From: Octopus vulgaris
Taxonomy: Eukaryota
Length of the DNA: 64,000 nt
NCBI GenBank assembly: GCA_951406725.2
Contig: OX597822.1
Span: 18,104,001-18,168,000 of the forward strand
Direction of reading: 5' to 3'
This document shows positions 40,138 to 53,950 of the stretch, one piece after another. The translations under genes were made by a program, and so were the position numbers. Position 1 is the first letter of the stretch, and the number at the start of each line of letters is the position of its first letter. The notes below the pieces were generated by a model that searched no databases, was not told where the DNA came from, and was given only the letters and a program-made list of their open reading frames with translations.

Positions 40138-40216
40138 CAACAATTGAGGGTAAAATTAATTAATCAATCAATTTCACCAAGTGTTCAGTATGTAAAAGGA
40201 CCATTTAAGGCGAATT

Positions 40217-40499
40217 CAAAATATTACATTATATAATTAGGGCTTAGTAAAATAAATTACTTTGCCACATACTGAACTTAGTAGAAATAGCAGCCAAAAA
40301 AGTTTTTTTTAGCCGTTTCTACTACTTAAAGAAAATTTCTCTCAGATAATGCTTACTCCAGACAGCATTATCTGAGAGAAATTTTCTTTAAGTAGTAGAA
40401 ACGGCTAAAAAAACTTTTTTGGCTGCTATTTCTACTAAGTTCAGTATGTGGCAAAGTAATTTATTTTACTAAGCCCTAATTATATAATGTAATATTTTG
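40217..40499. repeat. Near-perfect fold-back, ~136-bp arms, 10-nt loop
   Basis: 40217-40353 is the reverse complement of 40364-40499, with one homopolymer indel. Confidence 0.95.
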
Positions 40500-40694
40500 T
40501 ATATATATATATATATATATACATACACACACACACACATTTGCCCAAGGTGCCATGCCATGGGACTGAACCATGTAGTTGGAAAGCAAGCTTCTTACCA
40601 CACAGCAATGCCTGCACCTATATATAGTAAATTCACACTTTATACACACAATGTATATGTATATGTTTGTGCGTATAAAGTGTGAATTTCTCTG

Positions 40695-40803
40695 GGTTCA
40701 GTCCCACTGCAATGGTCCCTTGGGCAAGTGTCTTCTACTATAGTATTGAGCTGACAAAAGTCTTGTGAGTGGATAGGGTAGACAGAAACTGAAAGAATCC
40801 ATC

Positions 40804-40839
<36 letters not shown>

Positions 40840-41155
40840 TTATACATACATAACTTAGAATGGTTGCAGCCATTATCAGCCTATCACCTGGAAAAGTATT
40901 TTAATTAATTTTGTTGGGACACCATAGACCACGCATATATACACACTGAGTGTGTATTTGTGCTTGTCCCCCCACCATCGCTTGACAACCGATGTTGGTG
41001 TGTTTACGTCTCCTGTAAAAAGAGTTGATAGTTCGGCAAAAGAGCTGATAGAATAAGAACTAGGATTACAAAGAATAAGTCCTGGGGTCGATTTGTTTGA
41101 CTAAAGGCGGTGCCCCAGCATGGCCGCAGCCAAATGGCTGAAACGAATAAAAGAA
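40695..41155 (+). mobile_element. SINE family A, partial head plus tail
   Basis: gggttcagtcccactgc...gaaactgaaagaatcc and the 3' part ccagcatggccgcagccaaatggctgaaacgaataaaaga. Confidence 0.8.
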
Positions 41156-42454
41156 TATAGATAAAAAAAAATAGTCAGGAGGTTTGAGAATTTCTGTTTA
41201 TTTAATAATGTGACTTCCATGGATGGGAATGTGTGCATGTGTGTACCTGTATGTGTATTTACATTTATCTGCTTGTATTTATGTGTCTGTGTAAGTGTAG
41301 GTGTAGTGAATGCGTGAGTTCAATTCTTGAGAGTTCAAATGCTTTTTGTGTGATTTTTTGTGACCTTTTTCACTTTATACAGAAGTTTATTGCTGTTGAA
41401 CACAGTTTCTTGATATTAGTTTGACCTCCCTCTCTTTACGCATTCATCCTTCAACTCGGTGAAATCTTCAATTCACCAGTTGTTTTCTTCCCTCTTTCCC
41501 ACCTGAATAATTACTTTTAGTAAATAATTCTTTTATATTATTCGCTTATACTTTTATGTTATTCTTACTTTATCTCTTGTCTGTTTTTCTTCTTGTTATC
41601 TTGTTTAAATTAAGAATGGTGAATTCCTCACTTTCCATCTAGCACTTGAACTTAATTGAGATGCTGGTGTTCATAAGTGAAGAAAATAATTTTTTCTATA
41701 ATAACAACAGAATATGTCCTGACCTTCCTACTTATCTTTCACTGACCAAATCAACCAGTTCCAGCCTTCCATTCAGTGTGTGTATGAAGTGTGAATTTAC
41801 TATGTATATTTAGAGTTGAACTGTTAATGTAACCATGATGTTCCAGTGATCTGATGAGCTAGCTTTCTTTATAGACATTTGTGAATATACAATTCTATTG
41901 TACAACACTGAGTATACGTATCAATGCCAACATGTACACAGAATTTCTTGGATACTTGAAATTAATACTACATTAAGAAGGTTGTGAAATGGCCTTAATC
42001 CTATGGAAGTTACATAAATATACATTCACCTCTCAAACCTCCTGACTTTATGGTTTTAAATTCTCCTCGCAGAATAATTTTATCTCTTGGATTTTGTTTT
42101 TCTATGGATACTTGACATTGCACTGCTTTGTAATTGAGTATTAACCAAGTCCATAAGAGGTACTTCATGTGATAGCCACATGATTGTATATAAATATAGA
42201 CAATTATATATATATATATATACTTATGAAGATACATATCTTAAATTATGTATGTCTATGTAATATATATTGCGTGTGTATTGTTGGCGATTTTTTTTTC
42301 CTCCATCTTCCCTTCCTTGGATCTTTCCTTTTCCTATGTTTCTGACAAAGAGCTCCACTTGTAATGTTAAATCCTCCTTCTTTCTTTCCTTTCCTGGGCG
42401 TCCAATAACACTCTACTTGTTCCATGTCCTCGCGTTGTGTTTTCATGTTTGGGT

Positions 42455-42491
<37 letters not shown>

Positions 42492-43015
42492 GTATATGTA
42501 AATCATAGTTTCCCCAAGAGTCCAATACACACACACACAAACACATGCATCATGTCTTCAAGCAATAGTTAACAATGTAAACTAAACCGAAACAATTGAA
42601 ACATGTCCAACAATTTGAGAATTACCATATGTTTGTCCTCATCATTAAAAATTCAATATTCTAAATTTAATATTTAAACATTTAAATGGTGATGCTAACA
42701 AACATAGTAGAATATCAGTCTAAGAGCATCACAGAATTTATTTTGGTTCTTCTCAGTTTCAAGATTGAATCCTGATCTGTTTTCTCTTAGCATCTCTTGG
42801 GACTTCTGCTAAAGAACAGATTAAAATTATTTTTTTCTTTCTTTATCAAATACACCCCGGTACTTATTTTGTCAATCTCTTTTGTTGAAACTGTTAAGTT
42901 ATGGGAACATAAACAAACCAACATCAGTTGTCTAGTGGTGAGGGGAAAGATATAAAAAAAAACACAAGTACACATATACGTGTGTGTGTGTGTGCGTGTA
43001 TCTATATATATCTAG

Positions 43016-43172
43016 GTGCAGGGGTGAGTATGTGGTAAGAAGCTTGCTTCCCAACCACATGGTTCTGGGTTCAGTCCCACTGTGTTGCATATAGGGCATA
43101 AATCTTCTACTATAGCATCAGGTTGAATAAGCTGTTATCAGTTGATTTGGAGGTGAAAACTGAAAGAATCCC

Positions 43173-43228
<56 letters not shown>

Positions 43229-43445
43229 TGTTTGACCCCATCACTTAACTTTTATTTTTTTTATTGGTTTTTTATGTCCCTGTAACTTAGAAGATGGCAA
43301 AAGTGACTGATAGAATAAGAACCAGACTTAAAAAGGAAAAAAACAAAATCAAGTGGTGAAGTCTGTTTGTTTGAGTGAACCCTTCAAGACATCAGCCTTA
43401 GTAGGGCTGCTGTCCAATAACTGAAATAAGTAAAAGAGAAAAGAA
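43016..43445 (+). mobile_element. SINE family A, degenerate full length
   Basis: Head, (TG)n spacer and tail ending ctgaaataagtaaaaga. Confidence 0.78.
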
Positions 43446-43463
43446 TATGTCCATAAATCTTAT

Positions 43464-43770
43464 AAACAGAAGCCAACCACATTTGCAAGCTTCCTGCAGG
43501 ATTGTAGGACAAAGGGATGGCAATCGTGGCTTTTCCCAGTTGAAGTTGGTTGTAAGGGATTCCCTGCCAAGCTGGTATGGAGGATGCTTACAGCCATTAG
43601 AATGAGAGGAAAGGAGTGAAGGGTGGCTGTGTGCTGGATGGGAGAGGCAGCTAAAAGAGCCTCTTGTCGGTTATGGAGCAAGAGAGCTGGAAACCAGGAG
43701 GAGATGAAGAGCAGGGCTACATCTGCTGACCCACCAGTGGGAGAGTGTTACAGTTGAGGAAAAAGCACTT
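43464..43770 (+). mobile_element. HERO-like RLE LINE 3' fragment
   Basis: FLQDCRTKGWQSWLFPVEVGCKGF...AAKRASCRLWSKR matches the recalled C-terminal motif EC...GW....PVEVGCRGF...AE.AS.WLW.KR. Confidence 0.75.
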
Positions 43771-43871
43771 TGTTGGAGGTGTTATAATATATATGTATGT
43801 ATATATATATATATATATCATCATCACTTAACATTGATTTCAATACTGGTATATATATATATATATATATA

Positions 43872-44104
43872 CTCTTTACTCTTTTACTTGTTTCAGTCAT
43901 TTGACTGCGGCCATGCTGGAGCACCGCCTTTAGTCGAGCAAATCGACCCCGGGCTTATTCTTTGTAAGCCCAGTACTTATTCTATCGGCCTCTTTTGCCG
44001 AACTGCTAAGTGACGGGGACGTAAACACACCAGCATCGGTTGTCAAGCAGTGCTAGGGGGGCAAACACACACACACAAACACACACACATACATACATAC
44101 ATAC

Positions 44105-44135
<31 letters not shown>

Positions 44136-45741
44136 GTGGGGGTGGGTGCGCTGAAAGTGTAACTGCTAGAATAAGAATAGCCTGGGCAAAGTTTAGGGAG
44201 CTCTTACCTCTGCTGGTGACTAAAGGCCTCTCGCTCAGAGTAAAAGGCAAACTGTATGATGCGTGTGTACGAACAGCCATGCTACATGGCAGTGAAACAT
44301 GGGCCGTGACTGCCGAGGACATGCGTAAGCTCGTGAGGAATGAAGCCAGTATGCTCCGATGGATGTGTAATGTCAGTGTACATACTCGACAGAGCATTAG
44401 CACCTTGAGAGAAATGTTGTACCTAAGAGGCATCAGTTGTGGTGTGCAAGAGAGACGATTGCGATGGTATGGTCATGTGGCGAGAATGGATGAAGATAGG
44501 TGTGTGAGAAAGTGCCAATCCTTAGCAGTTGAGGGAACCCGTGGAAGAGGTAGACCCAGGAAAACCTGGGACGAGGTGGTGAAGCACGACCTTCGAACTT
44601 TAGGCCTCACTAAGGAAATGACCAGCAACCGAGACCTTTGGAAATATTCTGTACGTGAGAAGACCAGGCAGGACAAGTGAGCCCAGCCCACTTATGAATG
44701 CCTTTCCTCCCTTGGACACAAAGACCTGTTGAGGCAAGCGAAGTCGATATAGAACCTCATCCGACGACAGGCACCCATGCCAACCCCCTTTGCTTGCGAA
44801 GACATGTTGGGGCAAGCGAAATCGAAATCGAATTGAACCAGCCAGGATCCCTGGTCTGGTGGTACGTAAAAAGCACTATCCGACTCGTGGCCGATGCCAG
44901 CGCCGCCTCCACTGGCTTCCGTGCCAGTGGCACGTAAAATACACCAATCTGACCGTACGACAGGCACCCATGCCAACCCCCTTGCTTGCGAAGACATGTT
45001 GGGGCAAGCGAAATCAAATTGAACCAGCCAGGATCCCTGGTCTGGTGGTACGTAAAAAGCACTATCCGACTCGTGGCCGATGCCTCCACTGGCTTCCGTG
45101 CCGGTGGCACGTAAAATACACCAATCTGACCGTACGACAGGCACCCATGCCAACCCCATTGCTTGCGAAGACATGTTGGGGCAAGCGAAATCGAAATCGA
45201 ATTGAACCAGCCAGGATCCCTGGTCTGGTGGTATGTAAAAAGCACTATCCGACTCGTGGCCGATGCCAGCACCCCCTCGTTTGGCTTCCGTGCAGGTGGC
45301 ACATAAAATACACCAATCCGACTGTGGCCGTTGCCAGCCTCGCCTGGCACCTGTGCAGGTGGCACGTGAAAAGCACCCACTACACTCACGGAGTGGTTGG
45401 CGTTAGGAAGGGCATCCAGCTGTAGAAACACTGCCAGATAAGACTGGAGCCTGGTGCAGCCTTCTGACTTTCCAGATCCCCGGTCGAACCGTCCAACCCA
45501 TGCTAGCATGGAGAACGGACGTTAAACGATGATGATGATGATGATATATATATATATATAATATACATATATACATATATATGACAGGCTTCTTTCAGTT
45601 TCCGTCTACCAAATCCACTCATAAGGCATTGGTCGGCCCGGGGCTATAGCAGAAGACACTTGCCCAAGATACCACGCAGTGGGACTGAACCCGGAACCAT
45701 GTGGTTGGTTAGCAAGCTACTTACCACACAGCCACTCCTGC
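43872..45741 (-). mobile_element. SINE family A split by an RTE insertion (tail 43872-44075, head 45583-45741)
   Basis: Both halves are antisense and collinear with 26594-26990; the RTE lies in the internal microsatellite. Confidence 0.8.
44135..45545 (+). mobile_element. RTE-clade LINE, 5'-truncated, young; RT C-terminal ORF intact to the stop at 44680
   Basis: RIRIAWAKFRELLPLL..KGKLYDACVRTAMLHGSETW...RLRWYGHVARMDED...RGRGRPRKTWDEVVKHDL; the 3'UTR has three tandem units starting at 44765, 44958 and 45135; (GAT)n tail. Confidence 0.95.
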
Positions 45742-45761
45742 TATATATATGTGTGTGTGTG

Positions 45762-46410
45762 TGAGAAGAAAATGGAAGTAAATAACAAGGGGAAACTTGT
45801 TATTTTTGCTGGTGTGCCTTTAATTTAATCAGATAACAAAGAAGAAGGTAGCATTTACAATCGTTTCAATTTACTAGTTGTGAAAAATAGATTGATACAG
45901 CGGTTAGGATGTGAAAATAATTGATACATATGTGATGGTAATGGAAGCAAAGTCAGTAGGTCTTACATTAAATTTTGTTCTTGAGCTGGTAATTTCACTG
46001 GGGAGAGGTTTCATTGCAGTAGATTGGTTAGTTTATCGTTCTGTTGGGCAGATTTAAACCAATTTAATACACACATGTGAAAAAATATGCTTAGTCAAAC
46101 TTGGAATCCCACACCAAAAAACTTTTAAAACTGCTCTGATTGCCCAACGGAACAATAAGCTAACCAATCTACTACAATGAAACCTCTCCCCAGCGAAATT
46201 ACCAGCTCAAGAACAAAATTTAATGTATGACTTACTAACTTTGCCTCTATTACCATCACATATGTATCAATCTATTTTTTGCATTCTGAAGAGATTTACT
46301 AAAACTAGTAAATTGAAACGATCATAAATGCTACCTTCTTCTTTGTTATCTGATTAAATTAGAGGCATACCAGTGAAAACAATGAGTTTCCCCTTGCTTT
46401 TTACACCCAT
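45762..46410. mobile_element. Inverted pair of Penelope-like pseudo-LTRs (~280-bp arms)
   Basis: 45762-46050 is an imperfect reverse complement of 46141-46410; contains a hammerhead motif. Confidence 0.75.
46281..46331 (+). ncRNA. Minimal type I hammerhead ribozyme (one stem III substitution)
   Basis: gcatt CTGAAGA gatttact-aaaact-agtaaatt GAAA CGATCA TA aatgc. The opposite arm reads GAAACGATTGTA, implying an ancestral palindromic stem III GAAACGATCGTA. Confidence 0.7.
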
Positions 46411-46789
46411 TTTCTTCTCATATATAACCTAAACTACAGTCTACCAACCGAACTACCTGCTGCTGTACAACTTTACAAAAGACTTTATCTACTCAGGTAA
46501 TAACCAGGAACACCTTTGGATTTAATTATCCCCTGGAGGTATTAAATTCTTCTAACTGATACCTACTATATATATATATAAACATACACACACATACACA
46601 CCACTGGTGGCACCATGTTAAAAGCTCTTAGTCCCCTCTGTAAGGTAGTTAGAGTTAGGAAAAGCATTTCACTGTGAAAACCCTGCCAAAACAGTGAAGC
46701 CTGGAGCAGTAATCTCCCTTGCCAGCCCTTGTCAACCTGTATGATGATGATGATGATATATATGTAGGTAGATGCATGACTGAGAAGCT

Positions 46790-47140
46790 TTGCTTCCCAA
46801 CCAAATAGTCCCGAGTTCAGTCCTACTGTGTGGCAATGTGTCTTATCCTACAGTCTCAACCCGACCAAAGTTTTGTGATGAAAACTGAAAGAAGCCTGTG
46901 ACATATATATATATATCTGTGAGTGTGTTTCTTAGTGTTTCTCCTCCACCATCACTTGACAACTGGTGCTAGTTTGTTTACACCCATGTGACTTGGCAGT
47001 TCAGCAAAAGACAACAAGAGAACAAGTACCAGTCTTAAAAAATACATACTGGGGTCAGTTTGTTTGCCCAAACCCTTCAGTATAGTGCCCCAGCATGGCC
47101 ACAATTCACTGACTGGAACAACTAAGGGATAAAAACAAAG
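46790..47140 (+). mobile_element. SINE family A, degenerate
   Basis: Head remnants plus tail cccagcatggccacaattcactgactggaacaactaag. Confidence 0.7.
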
Positions 47141-50100
47141 AATTGGATGGATGGATGAATGGATGGATGGATGGATGGATGGACAGAGCAATAGACAGAC
47201 AGACATGTATGTGTGTATTTAATTTTGATGGGGTTTGTCTCTTGCTAGTCTGTGTTTCACCTGTGGAAGCACAGCATCTTCAACCAAGTTATTAGCGAAA
47301 ATAATGATGGAATTTGCACATTTATGTTCAGGATTCCTCTCATAGGTTGTATTGGGGAGAAAAAAAATGTGATGAAGTGAAGAAAAAAGGAAGAGGAAAA
47401 TAACTGAAAGTCAAAAAGAGGAAATGAAGGGTGTGTTTAGGTAGGGAGGGTATATTGGAAGATGGGAATATAGGAAGAGGGAATATAGGAATATAGAAGA
47501 ATGGTCAAAGAAGTCAATGGTAAGATTCAATAGAAAAATAGCAGATTTGTAGATAAATGAACTTTAGTGCCAGTGACATTTAATGGTAGAAATTGATAAA
47601 GGAATAAATAAATGAATTAATGAAATAAAATATAAAAAAAGACAATAGTTAAAATGAATAGGGATTTTTAGGAACTGGGATGCTGATTTAGAAGAATGGT
47701 TTGTAGTGCAAAGGTGAGTTGTTGGTAGTTGAAGTAAGAGGGAGAAATAAAATCAGATGGAATAAAATTGGGAATATTGGTAAAGACACAAAAAAAAAAA
47801 ATATTAAAGAAATATAAAAATATATATTGAAGAATTTTGGAAAAGACATAAAAAAATATAAAAAAACATGAGAATTCCAAAGGATAGGGGGAGGAAAGGA
47901 AAAAAATTCAGCAACAGGAGTACTGATTTAGAGGGAATGGGCAGTAGTTCAAATGCAAGTTGGAGACAATTATAGTGATTGATAAAATCGTTTGGAAAAA
48001 AATAGATTTAAAAAATGAAGACAATGTAGAAAAAATTGGGAATATTGGTGAGGATTTGAAAAAGGAAAGAAAAATATTGGAAAAAGTTATTGAAAAGATA
48101 TTGAGATTGTTAACATAATGAATAATTGTAAGACTAAAGATTCCAAAATCAAGAAATGTAAAAATAAAACAAAGTGTAAAAGTCAAAAGGAAAGAATTAA
48201 AGGACAAGAAAAAACTCCGGAAAACAGGAATTCAAAACCAAAAAAAACTCAATATGGTAGTTGGATGGTGAAAAGGTATTTGATTGAGTAAATGAGATAA
48301 GTAAATAAAAATAGGAGTGATGAGAGATGAGTGGAATGCAGGGTTAGGGTTATAATTATAGAAAGATATTGGATAATAGTAATAATAAACCCTTTCTACT
48401 ATAGGCAGAAGGCCTGAAATTTGGGGGGAGGGGGGCCAGTCGATTAGATCAACCCCAGTACACAACTGGTACTTAATTTATAGATCCCCGAAAGAATGAA
48501 TGGAATTTGAACCCAGAACGTAAGGACAGATGAAATACTGCTAAGCATTTCGCCTGGTGCACTAATGTTTCTATCAACTTGCTCCCTTAATAATAATAAT
48601 AATAATAATAATGGTTATCAGTAATGATAAAAGTGACCAATAGATATAGTAAAAATATGAATAAATATAAAAAAATATATGGGATGATGAATAAGAGAGA
48701 TGATTAATTGGTAACCCATGCTAGCATGGAAAGCAGACGTTAAACCATGATGATGATGATGATGAATGAGACTGTTTTCCTTCTTTTTTCTTCTTTTTGT
48801 CTCCTCTTCTTCCCCTTTATCATATTTTCTCTCCATCATTTCTTCAGTCACAACTTGCCTGAAGAACCCATGCAACCACATATGAAATGCAGAATAACAA
48901 GAGACTGGCTCAATTAAAATTATATTTGGTTAATCTCTGGCATTGTTTTTCAGTCCTCTTTTCTTTTCTGAAAGCCAACTCTGAATATATGAAGCATTGG
49001 GCTCACAACCATGAAGTAGTGAGTTCACTTCCTGGACCAGGTTGTGTGTTGTGTTCTTCAGCAAGTCATTTTATTTCACATTGCACTAGTTCACTCAGCT
49101 GGTCATTCATGGTCATTCATGACTGAAGGGGGTCTTTATCTTGTACTTTTCTATATTTATATAAAGCAGAGTTATTAGTGAGGGATTATCAATCTGGGCA
49201 AAATACCGTAGCATAAGCTCTCTGTTAGTACACCAGACTAACAACATTGTTTAGATTAGTAAAGAACTCAAAATGTTCTTTCCATACAGAAATATATGTA
49301 ATGACTATTATTTATACCTGCTCTTGTATATCACCCTGTGTGCGCGTATGTATGTTTGTATGTATGTATGTATGTATGTATGTATATGTGTGTGTGTGAA
49401 TGTATATATGTGTGTGTGTATGTATGTATATATGTATGTATATATATATATATATATGTATATATATGTGTGTGTATATATATATATATATGTATGTATG
49501 TATATATATATGTGTGTATATATATATATGTGTGTGTGTGTATATATGTATATACATACATTTATATATATACAGATATATATATATATCTGTATATACT
49601 ATAAGGAGAAAATGGAGTGTTTTTTAAGTGATAAAATTCAATTTATTGACATATTGTCAAAATTTGCTGTAGCCCACAATTTGTTTCCATACTTAATCAG
49701 TTACAAATTAGCAAATTAAAAATTAAAAATTGCATCTTGAAATAGCGAGTTAAGTATTTCCTCATAGTGAGAATTAGACACTTGTGAAAACCACATTATA
49801 AACGAACAGGTGATGGTTGACACACTCAACAGGACAATAATGCTTGTGCATGCATGTTAATATTTTTTTAAAAACCGTTACATATTTATGTCTTTTGTTT
49901 CTGTTTATTTGTGTGTGTGCGTGTTAAACTTATTTGTGCATGTGCACATTAATAATTTTAAAAAAAGAAAACATCGTCTGTGTATCATTGTTTGTTTATA
50001 TTTTGTGTGTGTATGTACATTAATATGTTTGATCATGTTACAGTGCTGAAAACTTCAAATTTACTGCAGTTAAAGTATTTGCATTCCATGTCATCAAAAT

Positions 50101-50203
50101 ATGTGTTGCATACATTTCTATCATTAAATCAAATAATGAAGTCAATATTCATGAAAATATATTATTATTTTTATTATTATCATTAATATTATTGTTGTTG
50201 TTG

Positions 50204-50207
<4 letters not shown>

Positions 50208-50270
<63 letters not shown>

Positions 50271-50340
50271 CATTATTATTAATATTATTATTATTATTAT
50301 TATTATCATCATTATTATAACAATTACTATTATATAATAT
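50208..50340. repeat. (TAT)n microsatellite
   Basis: Directly visible. Confidence 0.95.
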
Positions 50341-51062
50341 GTAATAATTAATTATCTCATTATTTTATTCCATATAAATCAATACAAAATTTTATTATAA
50401 TTGTACTTTATAAAACATATTTATATCTATTAAAATATCCTATTTATATTCAAGTTCACATTTTATTTTATTTTTACTTCTTTGTAGTTTTTAAATACAA
50501 ATTTATATGTGTGTGTATAGCTAAACTACATTTGCATTTACAGTTAAGAAGCTTGTGTTTAGATTTTAGAATTTGGAAGATTTCTTCAATACAAAGATCA
50601 CAACAGAGGTATCTGTTTACTCAAAACAGCTGACAAAAATGACTCGTACCTGTAATTCAAACGGCCAGCCTTGTCACAGTGTGTGTCATGGTGAATCTCC
50701 CTGAGAACCACATTAAGGGTGTCAGTGGAGTGCTCAGCCACTTGCACATTCATTTCATGAGCAGACTGTTCTGTTGATTGGGTCAACTGGAACCCTCGTC
50801 GTCGTAACCGACAGAGTGCCATATATATATATATATTCACCCAGATATTAAAATATATTATTAATATATTATACATATTAAATACTGATGTTTTTTAAAC
50901 ATGAGCATGAGGTAAACGGTTTTGGAGGAGGATATCATCAAGTAAACAGACACCACTAGGTGTCACTCTTCCCTTATTTACCAACCAGGACATAAGTAAA
51001 AGTCAAAGTTCACACCTTTAGGTTCCTATTTCTACTACTGTACACCCTCTCTGTCTGTCTGT

Positions 51063-51104
<42 letters not shown>

Positions 51105-51143
51105 TTACTCTTTCTTTCTTTTGTTATCTTACCGTTTTTACCA

Positions 51144-51383
<240 letters not shown>

Positions 51384-52032
51384 ACATGTATATATATATT
51401 CATATCCATGCCTGCTATAAATATTGCGATTAATCTAAGTGGTTGCTGTATTTTTGTATTATTATTTGACCCTTTTAAACATTGTTGGAATTGGTTTATA
51501 TCTTTTATCCTCTTAAAGTAATATGAATACCAGTTATATATGAGGATTAAATTCTCTATATTCCTACCCTGTTAAAATTTACTTTGTCTTTGGTCAAAAG
51601 AAATCCTTTCATATCCAAATCTTTCTTCTTTTCTTTTTGTGTTTTTGTTAGAAAGTCGTTGCAAGTGAGGAATTTCTTATCTCTTTCGACTTTACATATG
51701 AATTTGCTTAATGAAATTTTGTTATCTGTTTTGAAATTGCTGAAGATGAAGAAATCGAAAAAAATAGGGAGAGAGAAATGAGGAATATGAAAATAGCAGC
51801 AATTTAGATGATGTATGTTGTTGAAAGTTTTGCTTGAATAATAGAAAATTAGATTAACGATAACACCTTACTGATTATAAAAGTTTGCTTTATAATGTGT
51901 CTTAGCAAAAAAAAAAAGACATCCTGATGGTGTGATAATGTTTAAGGAAATAGGATTTGTCATTTAACCCTTTTGGAATATTTCTAAGTAAATAGACTTG
52001 GTCTAAGAATAAGATTACATTTGTCTGTACAA

Positions 52033-52430
52033 GGTATGGCTGTGAAGTAAGAAGTTGGCTTCCCAACCACACAATCCTAAGTTCAGTCCCACTGAATATC
52101 ACTTTAGGCAAGTGTCTTCTACTATAGCCTTGAGCTGACTAAAGTCCTCTGAGTGGATTTGGTAGATGGAAACTGAAAGAAGCCCATCATGTGTATGTGT
52201 GTGTGGGCTGTGTGTGTATATATATACATGTGTATATGTGTGTGTATCTGTGTTTGTCCCCCACCACCACTTGATGGCTGGTGTTGGTTTGTTTACATCT
52301 CTGTAACTTAGAGGTGTGACAAAAGAGACTGATAGAAATAAAAACATAAATAAGTCCTGGGATTGATTCATTCTCCTGACAAATTCTTCAGGACAGTGCT
52401 CCAGCATGGCCACAGTCTAATGATTGAAAC
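52033..52430 (+). mobile_element. SINE family A, full length
   Basis: Head, spacer and tail collinear with 26594-26990. Confidence 0.82.
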
Positions 52431-52763
52431 ACTGTTTATGTCGAGGTATAAGACTGCCTAATAGACATTGTTTTTTAAGGAACAAATTATGCCTTTCAAT
52501 TAATTTTGAAATTTATCAGGAATCAGATGAATTGAGAACAAAATAACTAACATCGTCATCATCTTCATCAAGGCAGCCAGGCAAAATGTTTCGTGGCATT
52601 TTGACCATCTTTATGTTCTGAGTTCAAATTCCAATGAAGTTGACTTTGCTTTTTATCCTTTCGGGATCAATAAAATAAATACCATTTGAACACCAGGGGT
52701 CAATGTGATTGACCCACCCCACATTCCCAAGAAATTTCTGGCCTTGTGCCAAAAATTTGAAAC

Positions 52764-52805
<42 letters not shown>

Positions 52806-53504
52806 GCTGATGATGAAGGTGGTACATTGGCAGAATCTTCGGAGCCGCACAAAAATGCTTCAGGCTCTTTACAATTCAAATAACCCCGAAGTCAGATTTG
52901 TTGTTCATCCATTTTCAGTTGATAAACAGATGCAGTTATGTTATCAGGATCACACTGTTTATTGCTGAAAAGGTAGAGCAATCACGGCAGAAGGTGAGGT
53001 ATATTCATTTTGATAGCATGAAGCACCATTCAAGCATGGTCAATGCCACTTCTGCCAGACTGGCTCCCCATGCCAGTGGTATGTGAAAAGCATCCATTAC
53101 ACTCTTGGAGTGTATCCAGCTGTAGAAACATTACCAGATCAGATTGAAGCCTGGTGCAGCCTCCTGTCTTGCCAGTCCTCAGTCAAACCGTCCAATCCAT
53201 GCCAGCATGGAAACCAGATGTTAAACGATCATGATGATGATCATCATCATGATGAAGCAGAAGATCACAGTGACACACCATCTCATCAAAGATCCACGAA
53301 TGCATCTCCAACCTTTGCTTTATATATTTAAGTTTTTTCCAGTCTGATATTTTTGTCAATATCCTTGTGACTCTGCAGCATCAATCTCTGCTGCTTCAAT
53401 ATCTACACACTGTTATTTACAGCTTTATATGCTTTCAGTTAAACCATTCCAATACAGAATTATATGTGTGAATGTGTGTATATACATCTCTTTATGTGTA
53501 CATA

Positions 53505-53950
53505 TCATCACCATCATCATAATTATCATGTTAATGTTCACTATTCCATGCTTGTAAGGTTGGATGAAGTTTATGAAGTTTATTGTGACAGATTTTCTGA
53601 AGGGGTTGCCCTTTCTGTCACCAATCCTTACCTGTTTCCAGGTAAGGTAATATTTCTCACTGACCAGGTATGTTTTTGCAGGAGATTGAAAATGAGTAAC
53701 ATTCATTTACAACAATTTTGTGAAGTGAAAACAAGGAGGCACGAACACTCACATATACACACTCATATACATATATATACATTTGTATACATAAAACAGA
53801 CTTCTTTTAGTTTCCGGCTACCAAATCCTCTCATAAGGCTGGGGTTGGCCCAAGGTTACAGTAGAAGACATTTGTCCAAGGTGCCATGCAGTGGGACTGA
53901 ACCTGAAAACATGTGGTTGGAAAACACACTACTTGATCTCACAACCACAC
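53505..53950 (-). mobile_element. tRNA-head SINE with RTE-like tail
   Basis: Antisense homologue of 15370-15745. Confidence 0.7.

Noticed and set aside
44692-45509. 160-250-aa repetitive ORFs on both strands
   Set aside because: They arise from tandem units in the RTE 3'UTR.
47300-48380. Purine-rich tract with faint PLE RT-like words (FTNIP, FT..FLD) on the minus strand
   Set aside because: The motifs are in the wrong order and the sequence is too low in complexity to call.
52919-52993. Exon-like segment ttttcag|...|gtgagg
   Set aside because: The acceptor lies within a decayed SINE-B remnant and the peptide is unrecognisable.
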